64,000 bases of DNA from Ignisphaera sp. (lineage in GTDB: Archaea; Thermoproteota; Thermoprotei_A; Sulfolobales; Ignisphaeraceae). The position numbers were made by a program, and so were the translations under genes. Position 1 is the first letter of the stretch; each line of letters opens with the position of its first letter. Positions 18,792 through 28,358 of the stretch are shown piece by piece. The stretch is taken from contig JAWAHS010000002.1 of the NCBI GenBank assembly GCA_038889075.1, forward strand, positions 44,930-108,929, in the 5' to 3' direction. Below the pieces are notes generated by a model. The model was not told where the DNA came from. It was given only the letters and a program-made list of their open reading frames with translations, and did no database searches.

Positions 18792-21767
18792 CTATATATT
18801 AACCACTACATATACATCGTTATCCTCTATAATCCAGTGTCTTGCTCCATCAGGTATGCTATTCACTAACTTTAGTTCTCTAATACGTGTCTCCCTCTCT
18901 ATATAATCTCTATACCTCATTATAGCTTTACCAATAGTTTCAGAGGGTGTGTATATTATAACCGAGTTGACTATACGATCAACAGGTAGGTTGATTTCCT
19001 TTCTGAACATCTGTATTCTTCTTATGAGATCTCTAGCGAGCCCCTCCATTACCACCTCTTCATCAATTGAAACATCTAAGTAGACTTCAATAGGAGTGTC
19101 CATAATCTTAACCATGTTATCTACTTGCGTGGCTGTATCGGCTATAACAACGTCTTTAACGTTAGCATAGATTTGGATAACATTCTTTGCTTTATTAAAT
19201 ATTTCAGTATTGACAGGGCTTTCTAGCCTGATTATAACCCTTTTTAATGGCCATCTTCTTTTTATGTTATTTTTAGCCCTTATGCTTAGAATCTCCTCAG
19301 ATATATTGAATAGAAGTGTTACCACTTTCCAGTATTCTTCATTTAGCACACCATCTTGTAGGGAAGGCCATGATTCAAGGTGTACGCTTTTCTTTACCGT
19401 CGATGGAGGGGAGTATTTCTTGATGAAATATTGATACAGGTATTCTGTAATAAAGGGGGCAAAGGGTGCTAGTAATTTAATTAGTATTGATAGCGATGTA
19501 TAGAGTGTAGCGTAGGCTGAGCGTTTCTCTACGGCTTCTTCTTCGAGCCATACACGAGGACGTATGACAGCTATATACCTATGGCTGAGCGTTTCTACTA
19601 TAAAGTTGAATAGGCTTCTTACAGCTTTATGGAGTTCATTTACTTCAATGGCCTGGCTAACCTCTTTTATCAGATTATTCAATTCGTATAATAGCCAATA
19701 ATCTACAGGTAGTAGATATACTAGGTCTCTATCGATAGATGCTGCATTCCATTTATCGAGTTCCATATACGTATCGGCAAAGTTTACAGAATTCCACAGT
19801 ATATCGAGAACACTCTTTACTTCTGTAACTTCATCTGGATCAAAGTTTATGTTATCCCACGGTGCAGCTTTGGATATTAGGTAAAGCCTTAGAATATCAG
19901 CACCATGCTTTTCCATGAAATCGTAGGCCCATATAACGTTTCCCCTGCTTTTACTCATCTTCTTACCATACTTATCGAGAACGTGACCTTGACAGAGGAC
20001 AGCTCTATATGGTGCTTGAGCGTATAGGGCTACGGATGTAAAGAGTAAGGTGTAAAACCATCCACGTGTTTGGTCGATGGCTTCCGTTATCCAATCATAT
20101 GGGAATAGCTGTGGTGCTTTTTCGAGGACACCTATCTGATTGAGGGAGGCTGTATGCGCCATGCCGCTATCAAGCCATACATCTACTACATAGGGTTCGC
20201 GAATCATTATGCCTTTGCACCTAGGGCACTGGATGGTTACGGAATCTATCCAAGGCCTATGAACATCTTGTAGTGTGGTATTGCTGTACTTCTGTAGCTC
20301 CTCTAGACTTCCAATAGCTATTCTATAGCCGCACTCTCTACATGTCCATATAGGTAGTGGTGTACCCCAATATCTTTCCCTAGATATGCACCAGTCACGG
20401 GCATTGTTAATCCAGTCCTCAAATCTCTTACCAGCCCATTCAGGATGCCATGCAACCCTCTCGTTCTCTACAATCATCAAATTCTTTATAGGATCTATGC
20501 GTATAAACCACTGTTTATCTGCATAGTACATTAACGGCGTTTCACAACGCCAGCAGTGTGGATATTCATGCTCAATTTCACCCACATATACAATTAGATT
20601 TTTCTGCCTCAGATCATCGATAACAATACTGTTTGCATCTCTAAACCATTTTCCAGAGTACTTTCCTGCATCATTATTGAATATGCCATTCTTTTGAACC
20701 GGATTAAAGAGTTTGACACCATATTTTTTACACAGTTCAAAGTCTTCAGGACCGTGAGCAGGAGCTATGTGCACTATACCGCTTCCTTCATCCATGCTAA
20801 CCCATTCGGCTATGAGAATGCGGTGATTTATAGGTTCGTGGTTCCTATGTTCGGGAACCTCACTGCTTAGTGGATGGATGTATTTTCTATTGAATAGCGA
20901 GGATCCTGGAAATGCATCTATGATTTCAACCTCCTTTAATCTGGTCTCGGTTATAAAGCTCTGCAACCTCTTTTCGGCAATAATCCAATATTCGTCTCCC
21001 ACTCTTATCTTCACATACCTTTCATTTGGATGGACGGCCAAAGCCTCATTTGCGATGATAGTCCATGGTGTTGTTGTCCAAGCGACTAGATAGGTAGATG
21101 GTTCATCAGCTAGCTGTATCTTAAAGTAGAGGCTAGGATCCTTCACCGTCTTGTAGCCTAGGGCAACCTCATGGGAGCTTAGAGCGGTTTCACACCGTGG
21201 GCATACAGGTACAACCCTCAAATCTTCATATAGATAGTTCTTTTCCCACATAGTCTTAAGGAACCTCCATACAGCCTCTATATATTTTGGATGTCTCGTT
21301 TCGTAGGCATTATCGTAGTCTAGCCAGAGTCCTAACCTAATACTGGCCTCTCTCCAGTGCTTAATGTAGAAATCGACAAGCTTTTGACATTCAGTAATGA
21401 ATTTATCAATGCCATAGTTTTCGATATCCTTCTTGCTCTTAATTTTCAGATTCTTCTCCACCTCCAGTTCAACAGGAAGTCCCTGGGTATCCCAGCCACC
21501 TTGATCCCATACGCAGAAGCCCTTCATCCTCATATATCTTAGCATGATGTCCTTAAATGTTCTCCCTCTTGCGTGGCCTACGTGCATAAATCCATTAGCT
21601 GTTGGGGGACCCTCTAGAAACTTAAAGAGAGGTTTATCTACACTACAGACAGATTTTTTAACATCTTCATATATTCTATTTACTTTCCAAAACTCAAGTA
21701 CATAGCTCTCAACTATCTTGGGGGAATACCTTCCTTTAATAGATGGTGCTGGGGATAATGTTACCAC
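18792..21767 (-). CDS. ileS: Isoleucyl-tRNA synthetase
   Basis: EGPPTANGFMHVGH, GWDTQGLP, WTTTPWT, DWCISR, KMSKS. Confidence 0.97.
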   Translation of the reverse strand: MVTLSPAPSIKGRYSPKIVESYVLEFWKVNRIYEDVKKSVCSVDKPLFKFLEGPPTANGFMHVGHARGRTFKDIMLRYMRMKGFCVWDQGGWDTQGLPVELEVEKNLKIKSKKDIENYGIDKFITECQKLVDFYIKHWREASIRLGLWLDYDNAYETRHPKYIEAVWRFLKTMWEKNYLYEDLRVVPVCPRCETALSSHEVALGYKTVKDPSLYFKIQLADEPSTYLVAWTTTPWTIIANEALAVHPNERYVKIRVGDEYWIIAEKRLQSFITETRLKEVEIIDAFPGSSLFNRKYIHPLSSEVPEHRNHEPINHRILIAEWVSMDEGSGIVHIAPAHGPEDFELCKKYGVKLFNPVQKNGIFNNDAGKYSGKWFRDANSIVIDDLRQKNLIVYVGEIEHEYPHCWRCETPLMYYADKQWFIRIDPIKNLMIVENERVAWHPEWAGKRFEDWINNARDWCISRERYWGTPLPIWTCRECGYRIAIGSLEELQKYSNTTLQDVHRPWIDSVTIQCPRCKGIMIREPYVVDVWLDSGMAHTASLNQIGVLEKAPQLFPYDWITEAIDQTRGWFYTLLFTSVALYAQAPYRAVLCQGHVLDKYGKKMSKSRGNVIWAYDFMEKHGADILRLYLISKAAPWDNINFDPDEVTEVKSVLDILWNSVNFADTYMELDKWNAASIDRDLVYLLPVDYWLLYELNNLIKEVSQAIEVNELHKAVRSLFNFIVETLSHRYIAVIRPRVWLEEEAVEKRSAYATLYTSLSILIKLLAPFAPFITEYLYQYFIKKYSPPSTVKKSVHLESWPSLQDGVLNEEYWKVVTLLFNISEEILSIRAKNNIKRRWPLKRVIIRLESPVNTEIFNKAKNVIQIYANVKDVVIADTATQVDNMVKIMDTPIEVYLDVSIDEEVVMEGLARDLIRRIQMFRKEINLPVDRIVNSVIIYTPSETIGKAIMRYRDYIERETRIRELKLVNSIPDGARHWIIEDNDVYVVVNI

Positions 21768-21831
21768 CCCGATTCCGTGTAGTATAAGCTTTGATGGGTT
21801 TTAAAACTTAGATATGGTATCTGATGATCTC

Positions 21832-22188
21832 TTAGCATATTTTCGAACCCGGATTCGCTTCACCAACAATTGTTAACAGTGCTGGTTTACCTGGATCGCA
21901 AGTAGCCAAAATCATACCCTGGCTTTCATATCCCATAAATTTCTTTGGTTTTAAATTGGTTACAACGATTACGTATTTGCCTAAGAGATCCTTAGGCTCA
22001 TACCATTCTGCTAAACCTGCTATAATCTGGCGAAACTCGTTACCAAGATCAACAACTAGCCTTAGTAGCTTTTTTGAACCTGGAATTCGTTCAGCCTCTT
22101 TAACAAGTCCTACTCTAAGGTCGATCTTCTGAAACTCGCTGATATCTATGGAGGAAGTAGATGGTGTAGATGTACACATTTTTACCAC
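21832..22188 (-). CDS. Stand-alone OB-fold tRNA-binding protein (MetG C-terminal/Trbp111/CsaA-like)
   Basis: DLRVG, RQIIAG, NLKPKK..GYESQGMILA. Confidence 0.85.
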   Translation of the reverse strand: MVKMCTSTPSTSSIDISEFQKIDLRVGLVKEAERIPGSKKLLRLVVDLGNEFRQIIAGLAEWYEPKDLLGKYVIVVTNLKPKKFMGYESQGMILATCDPGKPALLTIVGEANPGSKIC

Positions 22189-22350
22189 ACTCTAGATACA
22201 ATGTCTATTTATATAGATTAGAGTAAAAATATTTTTGTCGTCATTGACGCAATTCATATCCTTAAAAGGATTGACTATAAATTTGACTATTCTGGATCTT
22301 CAATTGGGAATCGTTTTAATCGGTAAAAGCATGTTCGTAGTGCATGCAGA

Positions 22351-23097
22351 TTAGAGGTGGAATATATGAGAAAATACTGCCACAATTATTGGTAGTGTTA
22401 GGTTGTCCTCAGGGCTAAATAGCTCTACTAAGACAGCTATTAAAGATATAGATATAGCAGTAGTTATGTTATTGTCTATTAGAAAACAGGTTATGGTGTA
22501 GGCAGTAAATGCTGCAATGATAGACGGTATTGTGTGCTTGGAGATTTTTTTAAACCTTTCGACTGTTAAGAGGGTGACTATAGCTGTTATAGGATCTACA
22601 ACGACTAGTGCCAGTATACCATATAATGTTGGTAGAGATCCAAATAGGGTATATGCTAGGGTTATTGAAACAATACCAAATGTCATACCTATATATCCGT
22701 ACTTCCTTTCATATTCTCTTTCAACACTGGTTATAAATTCTGTGAATTTCTCTTCATGCTTGTCAAAGGCTCCATCTATATCTCTAAGGATATCAGATAT
22801 GTTCTCTACTTTAATATTCTCACTGATGTATTCTATAACTTTTTTCCGGAAATCTCTAAGCATCTTTAATGAGGCTGCATATATGCTCGGTACTCTTATC
22901 TGTAGGCTGTTTATAAAGGCGCTTATGAATGTTAAAAGGGCATATGTAAATACTGTAGCATCGTAGGGAAATCCTATATCTAAGAAGATCTGTCGATAAA
23001 AGGGAGTCAAGGGTATAGCTAGAGCTAGAGCGAACATTAAATGGATCATCTTTCTAAGAATCTCCCTGCCAAAACTCTTATGTATGTATATATGCAT
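22351..23097 (-). CDS. Dolichol/phytol kinase-like membrane protein (CTP-dependent family)
   Basis: REILRKMIH, VDPITA and EDNLTLP motifs. Confidence 0.65.
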   Translation of the reverse strand: MHIYIHKSFGREILRKMIHLMFALALAIPLTPFYRQIFLDIGFPYDATVFTYALLTFISAFINSLQIRVPSIYAASLKMLRDFRKKVIEYISENIKVENISDILRDIDGAFDKHEEKFTEFITSVEREYERKYGYIGMTFGIVSITLAYTLFGSLPTLYGILALVVVDPITAIVTLLTVERFKKISKHTIPSIIAAFTAYTITCFLIDNNITTAISISLIAVLVELFSPEDNLTLPIIVAVFSHIFHL

Positions 23098-23218
23098 ATC
23101 GCATCATCGGTCTTCTCATAGATAGGTTTGTGTAGTAATAGCTCTTAAATTTAGGATGGTATTCTCATGGCTTAAAAACTTATTTATTGATGGATCTAAA
23201 CCTTTATTACGGATAATG

Positions 23219-25303
23219 CTATGTTTTAAAGAATTGAGATACATCAATGTATTCATCAAGGCTGCTTCTCTTTCCATATTCGCGAAGCTTCAAACCACTA
23301 CCAGAGTTCAACATTACAACCTTCTTCATCTTTTCAAGTATATCATTATGGTGTTCTCTAGTTTTTCTACGCCAAGCCTCGTAATTGTCAAATATTAGTG
23401 GTACTACTATGTGCTCTACATACACATCGGTAACGGGACAATTATACATACAGAACCTACAGCCTAAACATTTTGTCTTATTTAAAACCATTGGTTTGTA
23501 TACACCGTTTTCCCCTTCTACCACTTTAAATGCACCACTTATACAGTTAGCCTCGCAAGATCTACAGCCTGTGCAGAGATGCCATCTAAAGAGTAGCTTC
23601 AGTACATCGATTAGCTTCTCCACATCGCTTTCAGTATGGTATCTAAGCACTATTCTATTACTACTTATGTACAGGGAGCACGAGTCCCAGTATATGTTAG
23701 CGGAACCCTCTTCATTTATGGAGTATTTCTTAGGATGTATTATATGTATCTGATGTACTAGAAAGGCTAGATCTATAGGTTCTTTGAATGCTATCTCTAT
23801 ATGTGAATCGTCTCGCTGTACATCCAATATTTCAATTGGCACCATTTTGGCAAAGGTTCTCCTCCAATTATCTACTCTATTTACAATGTTAAGTCTTTTC
23901 GCAATCATTGTTCGATATCTCGCAGGGGCGTTCCAGCGCCATAATCCATAGTCTATCCACTCCCTTGGTACATCTAATCTATTGGCCCAGTACAGCAATA
24001 CGTTTAGCCACCTACTCCATAGATCTGGATGTGTTTTGGATACAAGCTCTAGTTCAGCTAGTGTTGATGCGGGGCACATAAAGCATCCTATTCTTTCAAA
24101 CCCTGTGAAGTAAAGGGGGTTTGGGGAGAGTTTGTGTCTGAATATGTATAGCCATACCTCCAGCTGCGACCATTCATTTATAGGAGATATATTTAGTAGC
24201 TGTGGAGCCCAGCGAAGCCTCCAGATTTTAGGGCTACGAGCTCTATCGATCGATTCAAGTGCTCTTTGGCCAACAATATTCAGTGCTCCAGACTTCCACA
24301 ACCTACTTGATATTCTATGTAGTGGTGTTAGTTTGCAGGTCTTGCAACACCATCTGTAATCCCTCCCAGGTACTCCAAGGCTGTATACAGCTTTCCAGAA
24401 GATGTCATTAGCTGAAGCCTCTATAAGCTCTAGACTATATTTGTCGGCTATTCTATGGACCGTTTCTACGGTTTCTGGAAGCTCTATTCCTGTATTATTA
24501 AATAGTATCCTAGGTTCGAGGCCGAGAGATAGAGCTAGGTGTAATGAAACTAGGCTATCCTTACCTCCACTAAACGAGGCGATTAAAGGCATCGAAACTT
24601 TTTCATGAGTTATTGAAATGAATTTCTTTGCCCTGGACTCTACCATATTCATGTACTCTTCATGAGCCCTCATTACATCCTCTATGGACGATCTTGTACT
24701 CAATTTTATATTATCCTCTGAAATCGCGGTGTCTTCACCCCACCAGCTATATACAACTATTTTACCGCCTCCGATCGAATACCCTAATCCAACAACATCA
24801 CCTGATTGCCTTACCAACAGTACTTGTTTATAGGGATCAACATCTCTATCAACTCTAATCATATCCATAGGATAACAGCGCTTTTTATCCACGACAACCT
24901 TTTCGATAATTTCAGGATCTACAGAGAGTATCCTCATAGCACCCACTTTTGATACGCGAAAACGCCATCTTCTAAGGAATGGATCGAAATAGAATCTCCC
25001 TATCTGCAAACCATCCACATAGACTTCCTTCATTTCATCGAAGTAAGGAGCCTTATTCAGCAAAGTAACAGATCTACCCATCAGTATATCGAAACCTTTA
25101 TCAGTACCAAATTCATACAGATAACCCGTACGTATACCCTGAAGATCTCTTTCAAAGGCGATTCTTGCATCGCCAGGATCTGAGAGAGGGATTCTTCTAC
25201 ACTCAGAGCCGCAAATTGGACAGTCTTGCTGTAGCAGAGGGATGTTGCAATTCAAACACCAGTAGATCTTCTTTACCTTAGGCCATATAATCCTTCTAGG
25301 CAC
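23219..25303 (-). CDS. PAPS-reductase-family protein with N-terminal Zn ribbon and C-terminal ferredoxin
   Basis: SFSGGKDS, RWCCKTCK, RIGCFMCP, two CxxCxxCxxxC motifs. Confidence 0.85.
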   Translation of the reverse strand: MPRRIIWPKVKKIYWCLNCNIPLLQQDCPICGSECRRIPLSDPGDARIAFERDLQGIRTGYLYEFGTDKGFDILMGRSVTLLNKAPYFDEMKEVYVDGLQIGRFYFDPFLRRWRFRVSKVGAMRILSVDPEIIEKVVVDKKRCYPMDMIRVDRDVDPYKQVLLVRQSGDVVGLGYSIGGGKIVVYSWWGEDTAISEDNIKLSTRSSIEDVMRAHEEYMNMVESRAKKFISITHEKVSMPLIASFSGGKDSLVSLHLALSLGLEPRILFNNTGIELPETVETVHRIADKYSLELIEASANDIFWKAVYSLGVPGRDYRWCCKTCKLTPLHRISSRLWKSGALNIVGQRALESIDRARSPKIWRLRWAPQLLNISPINEWSQLEVWLYIFRHKLSPNPLYFTGFERIGCFMCPASTLAELELVSKTHPDLWSRWLNVLLYWANRLDVPREWIDYGLWRWNAPARYRTMIAKRLNIVNRVDNWRRTFAKMVPIEILDVQRDDSHIEIAFKEPIDLAFLVHQIHIIHPKKYSINEEGSANIYWDSCSLYISSNRIVLRYHTESDVEKLIDVLKLLFRWHLCTGCRSCEANCISGAFKVVEGENGVYKPMVLNKTKCLGCRFCMYNCPVTDVYVEHIVVPLIFDNYEAWRRKTREHHNDILEKMKKVVMLNSGSGLKLREYGKRSSLDEYIDVSQFFKT

Positions 25304-25512
25304 AGATTACACCTACGCTATAGCTACATCCTCTAGCCTTTAGACTAGGTGTTAAATAATAGTTAGGAGTTTGAAGACTAAAAAGCTTAGAATTTCGATG
25401 AATACGGATCGAGGAAATGGATAGGATAGTATTAGTAACACCGATTGTGGGCACACTGTACATGTCGCACCCACAAGACACCCTATTCCACGTTCTATGG
25501 TATTTATCTATT

Positions 25513-25570
25513 TATTCAGACTCGGGTTCTTACATCATCTATTCAGAAGCAGCAGGCCTTACATCACTAA
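25513..25570 (-). ncRNA. Box C/D guide sRNA
   Basis: Minus strand GTGATGT-aaggcctgctgctt-CTGA-ata-GATGATGT-aagaacccgagt-CTGA; about 52 nt from C to D box. Confidence 0.7.
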
Positions 25571-25672
25571 GTGGGGAAATTTTCTACAACAGCTTAAAAC
25601 TATTTTATTTAAATCAAGATCATTCTACTACTTTGTATTACAAGTAAAATACATCGAAAATGCTTCGAAAGC

Positions 25673-26013
25673 CTATCTTTCTAGAACTCTTATTGCGACC
25701 TCGGGGATCGTACCCTCAGGGATATATCTCAAGGTAATGTAGGATTCTTCTAGGGGATAGAGTAGCTCTATGCTGGAGAATGTGATACTCTCAAGCTCTC
25801 TACTTCCGTAGACCTTTACAAGATCCTTCAGCAGTCTACAATCGAGTGGGTTTTTGGAAAATCTCCTAATTTTCTGTACAATAGATACTTTGCGTAAAGC
25901 TGTACCGCTTGCTCAACATGGAAGAGAACTAAGTCGTAGTCTCCACGATCGAAATCCTCACCAGCGTGCCTCATAAACGCTTCAGCCCTTCTACGCAAGA
26001 TCTCGTAGCCCAC
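25673..26013 (-). pseudogene. Frameshifted HEPN-domain gene
   Basis: LFHVEQAVQL..LGDFPKTHS, then a frameshift near 25840 continues RLLKDLVKVYG...LEESYITLRY*. Confidence 0.75.
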
Positions 26014-26384
26014 GTGGGGCTCACCTCTACGACAACCTGCTGAAATATATCTAAAACACTCCCCATCTTAATACGTTTCGGAGTTCATAATTATTATTCC
26101 GACCTTTGCTAGTCTTTAAAGGCAAGTATTCCTGTAAAGAGTTTTGAGGCTACATCCTCTCTTTCAGAAAGCCTAGTTCTTTGCCAGTCTCAGCATATCA
26201 TTTGAATCCGTATTCCGTATATTTGGACCATCTTCTTTTTAATTTCTCTGAGTTTCAAGAATCCACCGTCTCGTGAAGCTGTTTCCGGTTTTGGATCGAT
26301 TTATATTGACTTATTTTAAGCAATAGCTCTATAAGCTCTGCTTGCCTACTATTACTAAATGATAAGGGATTGAGAACCTGCAAA

Positions 26385-26530
26385 GCGTTCTCCTCAAGCT
26401 ACTCAAGATGTGGTGCCCGGGGTCATCCTAAACACCCCCAAGGGCGATGCATACCCAAGACCGATGCGGGGGAAAGAGGATGAGGCAATGACATCAGCCG
26501 ATACAAACCAATATAGGAGCTAAACCCCCT
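26385..26530 (+). mobile_element. Remnant 3' end of an IS200/IS605- or IS607-type tnpB
   Basis: GC-rich patch reading ..YSRC(fs)PGVILNTPKGDAYPRPMRGKEDEAMTSADTNQYRS*, resembling crenarchaeal TnpB tails; no upstream ORF. Confidence 0.55.
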
Positions 26531-26596
26531 TCGGAGCATTTAGAGTGACTGCCAGAGCACCCACTCCTGCTTTCTCGGGGAGAAAGCCATATCAGT

Positions 26597-26703
26597 TTCC
26601 ATCATCTTCATTGGTACACCAATTTTATGTTAGCCAGTATTGAGAAACATGAAAAATTTATTTTTCTACACCACTATGTGGTATACCGATGAAGATGGTG
26701 GAA
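26597..26703. repeat. 25-bp imperfect inverted repeat with 57-bp spacer
   Basis: TTCCATCATCTTCATTGGTACACCA (26597-26621) vs TGGTATACCGATGAAGATGGTGGAA (26679-26703); 22/25 Watson-Crick complementary. Confidence 0.8.
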
Positions 26704-26741
26704 CATCTAGGAAATCTAGCTAAGTCTAAGTAATTGGGATG

Positions 26742-26820
26742 TGGCGGGCCCGAGGGGATTTGAACCCCTGACCACCGGCTCCGAAGGCCGGCGCTCTAGT
26801 CCTGGCTGAGCTACGGGCCC
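26742..26820 (-). tRNA. tRNA-Arg(TCG), CCA encoded
   Basis: Cloverleaf GGGCCCG...CCGGC-CT-TCG-GA-GCCGG...GGTTCAAATCC..GCCA. Confidence 0.97.
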
Positions 26821-27607
26821 TATATCAATGTACAGGTTGCTAGGTTTTTAGTCTTATACAAATTTTGGATTCATCATGTTTGGGCTCTATAGCGGTAGCT
26901 ATATAGACTGCAAATTTTCTAGATGTCCTGATATGCTTGGAATTGTTTTACATTATTATAGTAAGATGTAAAGGAAATGTGATTATATGGATATGCTGTT
27001 TGCTATAAAGATTTAATTCTCGTATCAGTTTATATGGATTGCTATTATCATTTCATTCCTTCTCTAGCACTACTTCTTATTAGCTTAGGGATCTATAAGT
27101 CTATTCTATTCTTAGACTTCTAATCTTGGATTCTTCGAAGACTTTCTGTCCTTGATTCCCCATTTAAGTGTTCAATCTATTCTAAAATAGAATAGAGAAT
27201 GAACTAATAAACGCTTCTCCATAATATGGCAAGGAAACCGTACCGATACCTCCAAACACTCTATTGAAATATGGATAGGATACTGTATGGAACAGACACA
27301 CCTTCTTAAAATCAGTTATTAAACGGTAGTTGAGTTTAAGAAGCATTTAAAATAAAAGTGTATTCGATACATTACTTGTGCGTGAGGTTAGAATGTATAA
27401 TTATTAATAAAGGTAGCGAAGCATCTTAGGTCTTGAAAGCACCATTTCATGATCAATAGTACTTCACTTCCATATGGTAGCAATCTACGAGTGGTAAAAT
27501 GTGTGGCTATTAGATCACATTAATACAATGCAGCATAAGTATTGTAATTTAATTGATACATCCATAATTATGGCTATCTATTAATGCTATGCTATTGCTC
27601 TATGAAT

Positions 27608-27637
27608 ACTCACTTCATGTGAGTGTTGTTTTTATAA
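27608..27637 (+). promoter_or_regulatory. Palindrome ACTCAC-N5-GTGAGT next to the TATA box of the ABC/S-layer-domain operon
   Basis: Perfect 6-bp arms at 27608-27624; TTTTTATAA at 27629-27637, about 20 nt before the start codon. Confidence 0.45.
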
Positions 27638-27656
27638 TCCTCTCTATAACCTATCA

Positions 27657-28358
27657 TTGGTGCTACTATTGATTGGTGATGCATTGATTAGGCTCGATAA
27701 TGTGTGGAAGGTATATCGGATGGGGAAAGTTGAGTACCCTGCGCTGAGAGGAATTTCCATGAATGTTGAGAGAAGCGAGTTTTTATGTATAGTAGGCCCC
27801 TCTGGTTCTGGGAAAACAACACTGTTAAACATAATGGGGGCCTTGGATAGACCTACAAAGGGTGAGATTTTCATTGAAAACATTCCATTGAGTACACTAT
27901 CCGATGATAAGCTTGCAGAGCTAAGGAATAGAAGAATAGGATTTGTATTCCAAACATTTAATCTACTTAGTCATCTAACAGTTGTAGAGAATGTCGAGCT
28001 TCCCATGGTTGCACTCGGCATACCGACAAGAAGACGTAGAGAGAGGGCTATAGAAGTACTTAGTAGGTTCCTACCCCAGGAAACCTTCTACAAGAGACCG
28101 CTAGAGCTCAGTGGTGGAGAACAACAGCGGGTTGCTATTGCAAGAGCTCTAGCAAATAATCCAGATATAATCCTAGCCGATGAACCTACAGGCAATCTCG
28201 ATTCTGCTAACGCTCATCTAATAGCAAAGATATTTAGAGAGCTCAGGGATGAGGGGAAGACCATAGTCATGATAACACATAACATCGAGTTGACGGATTA
28301 TGCCGATAGGATCGTAAAGCTTAGAGATGGGCAAATTATGGAGATTATTAAGAGGTGA
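27657..28358 (+). CDS. ABC ATP-binding protein, MacB/LolD family
   Basis: [35 protein letters not shown]. Confidence 0.95.
   Translation: MVLLLIGDALIRLDNVWKVYRMGKVEYPALRGISMNVERSEFLCIVGPSGSGKTTLLNIMGALDRPTKGEIFIENIPLSTLSDDKLAELRNRRIGFVFQTFNLLSHLTVVENVELPMVALGIPTRRRRERAIEVLSRFLPQETFYKRPLELSGGEQQRVAIARALANNPDIILADEPTGNLDSANAHLIAKIFRELRDEGKTIVMITHNIELTDYADRIVKLRDGQIMEIIKR

Noticed and set aside
23219-25303. PAPS-reductase protein as DndC/SspD of a phosphorothioation system
   Set aside because: No dnd/ssp/pbe neighbours; the architecture matches a common archaeal housekeeping family
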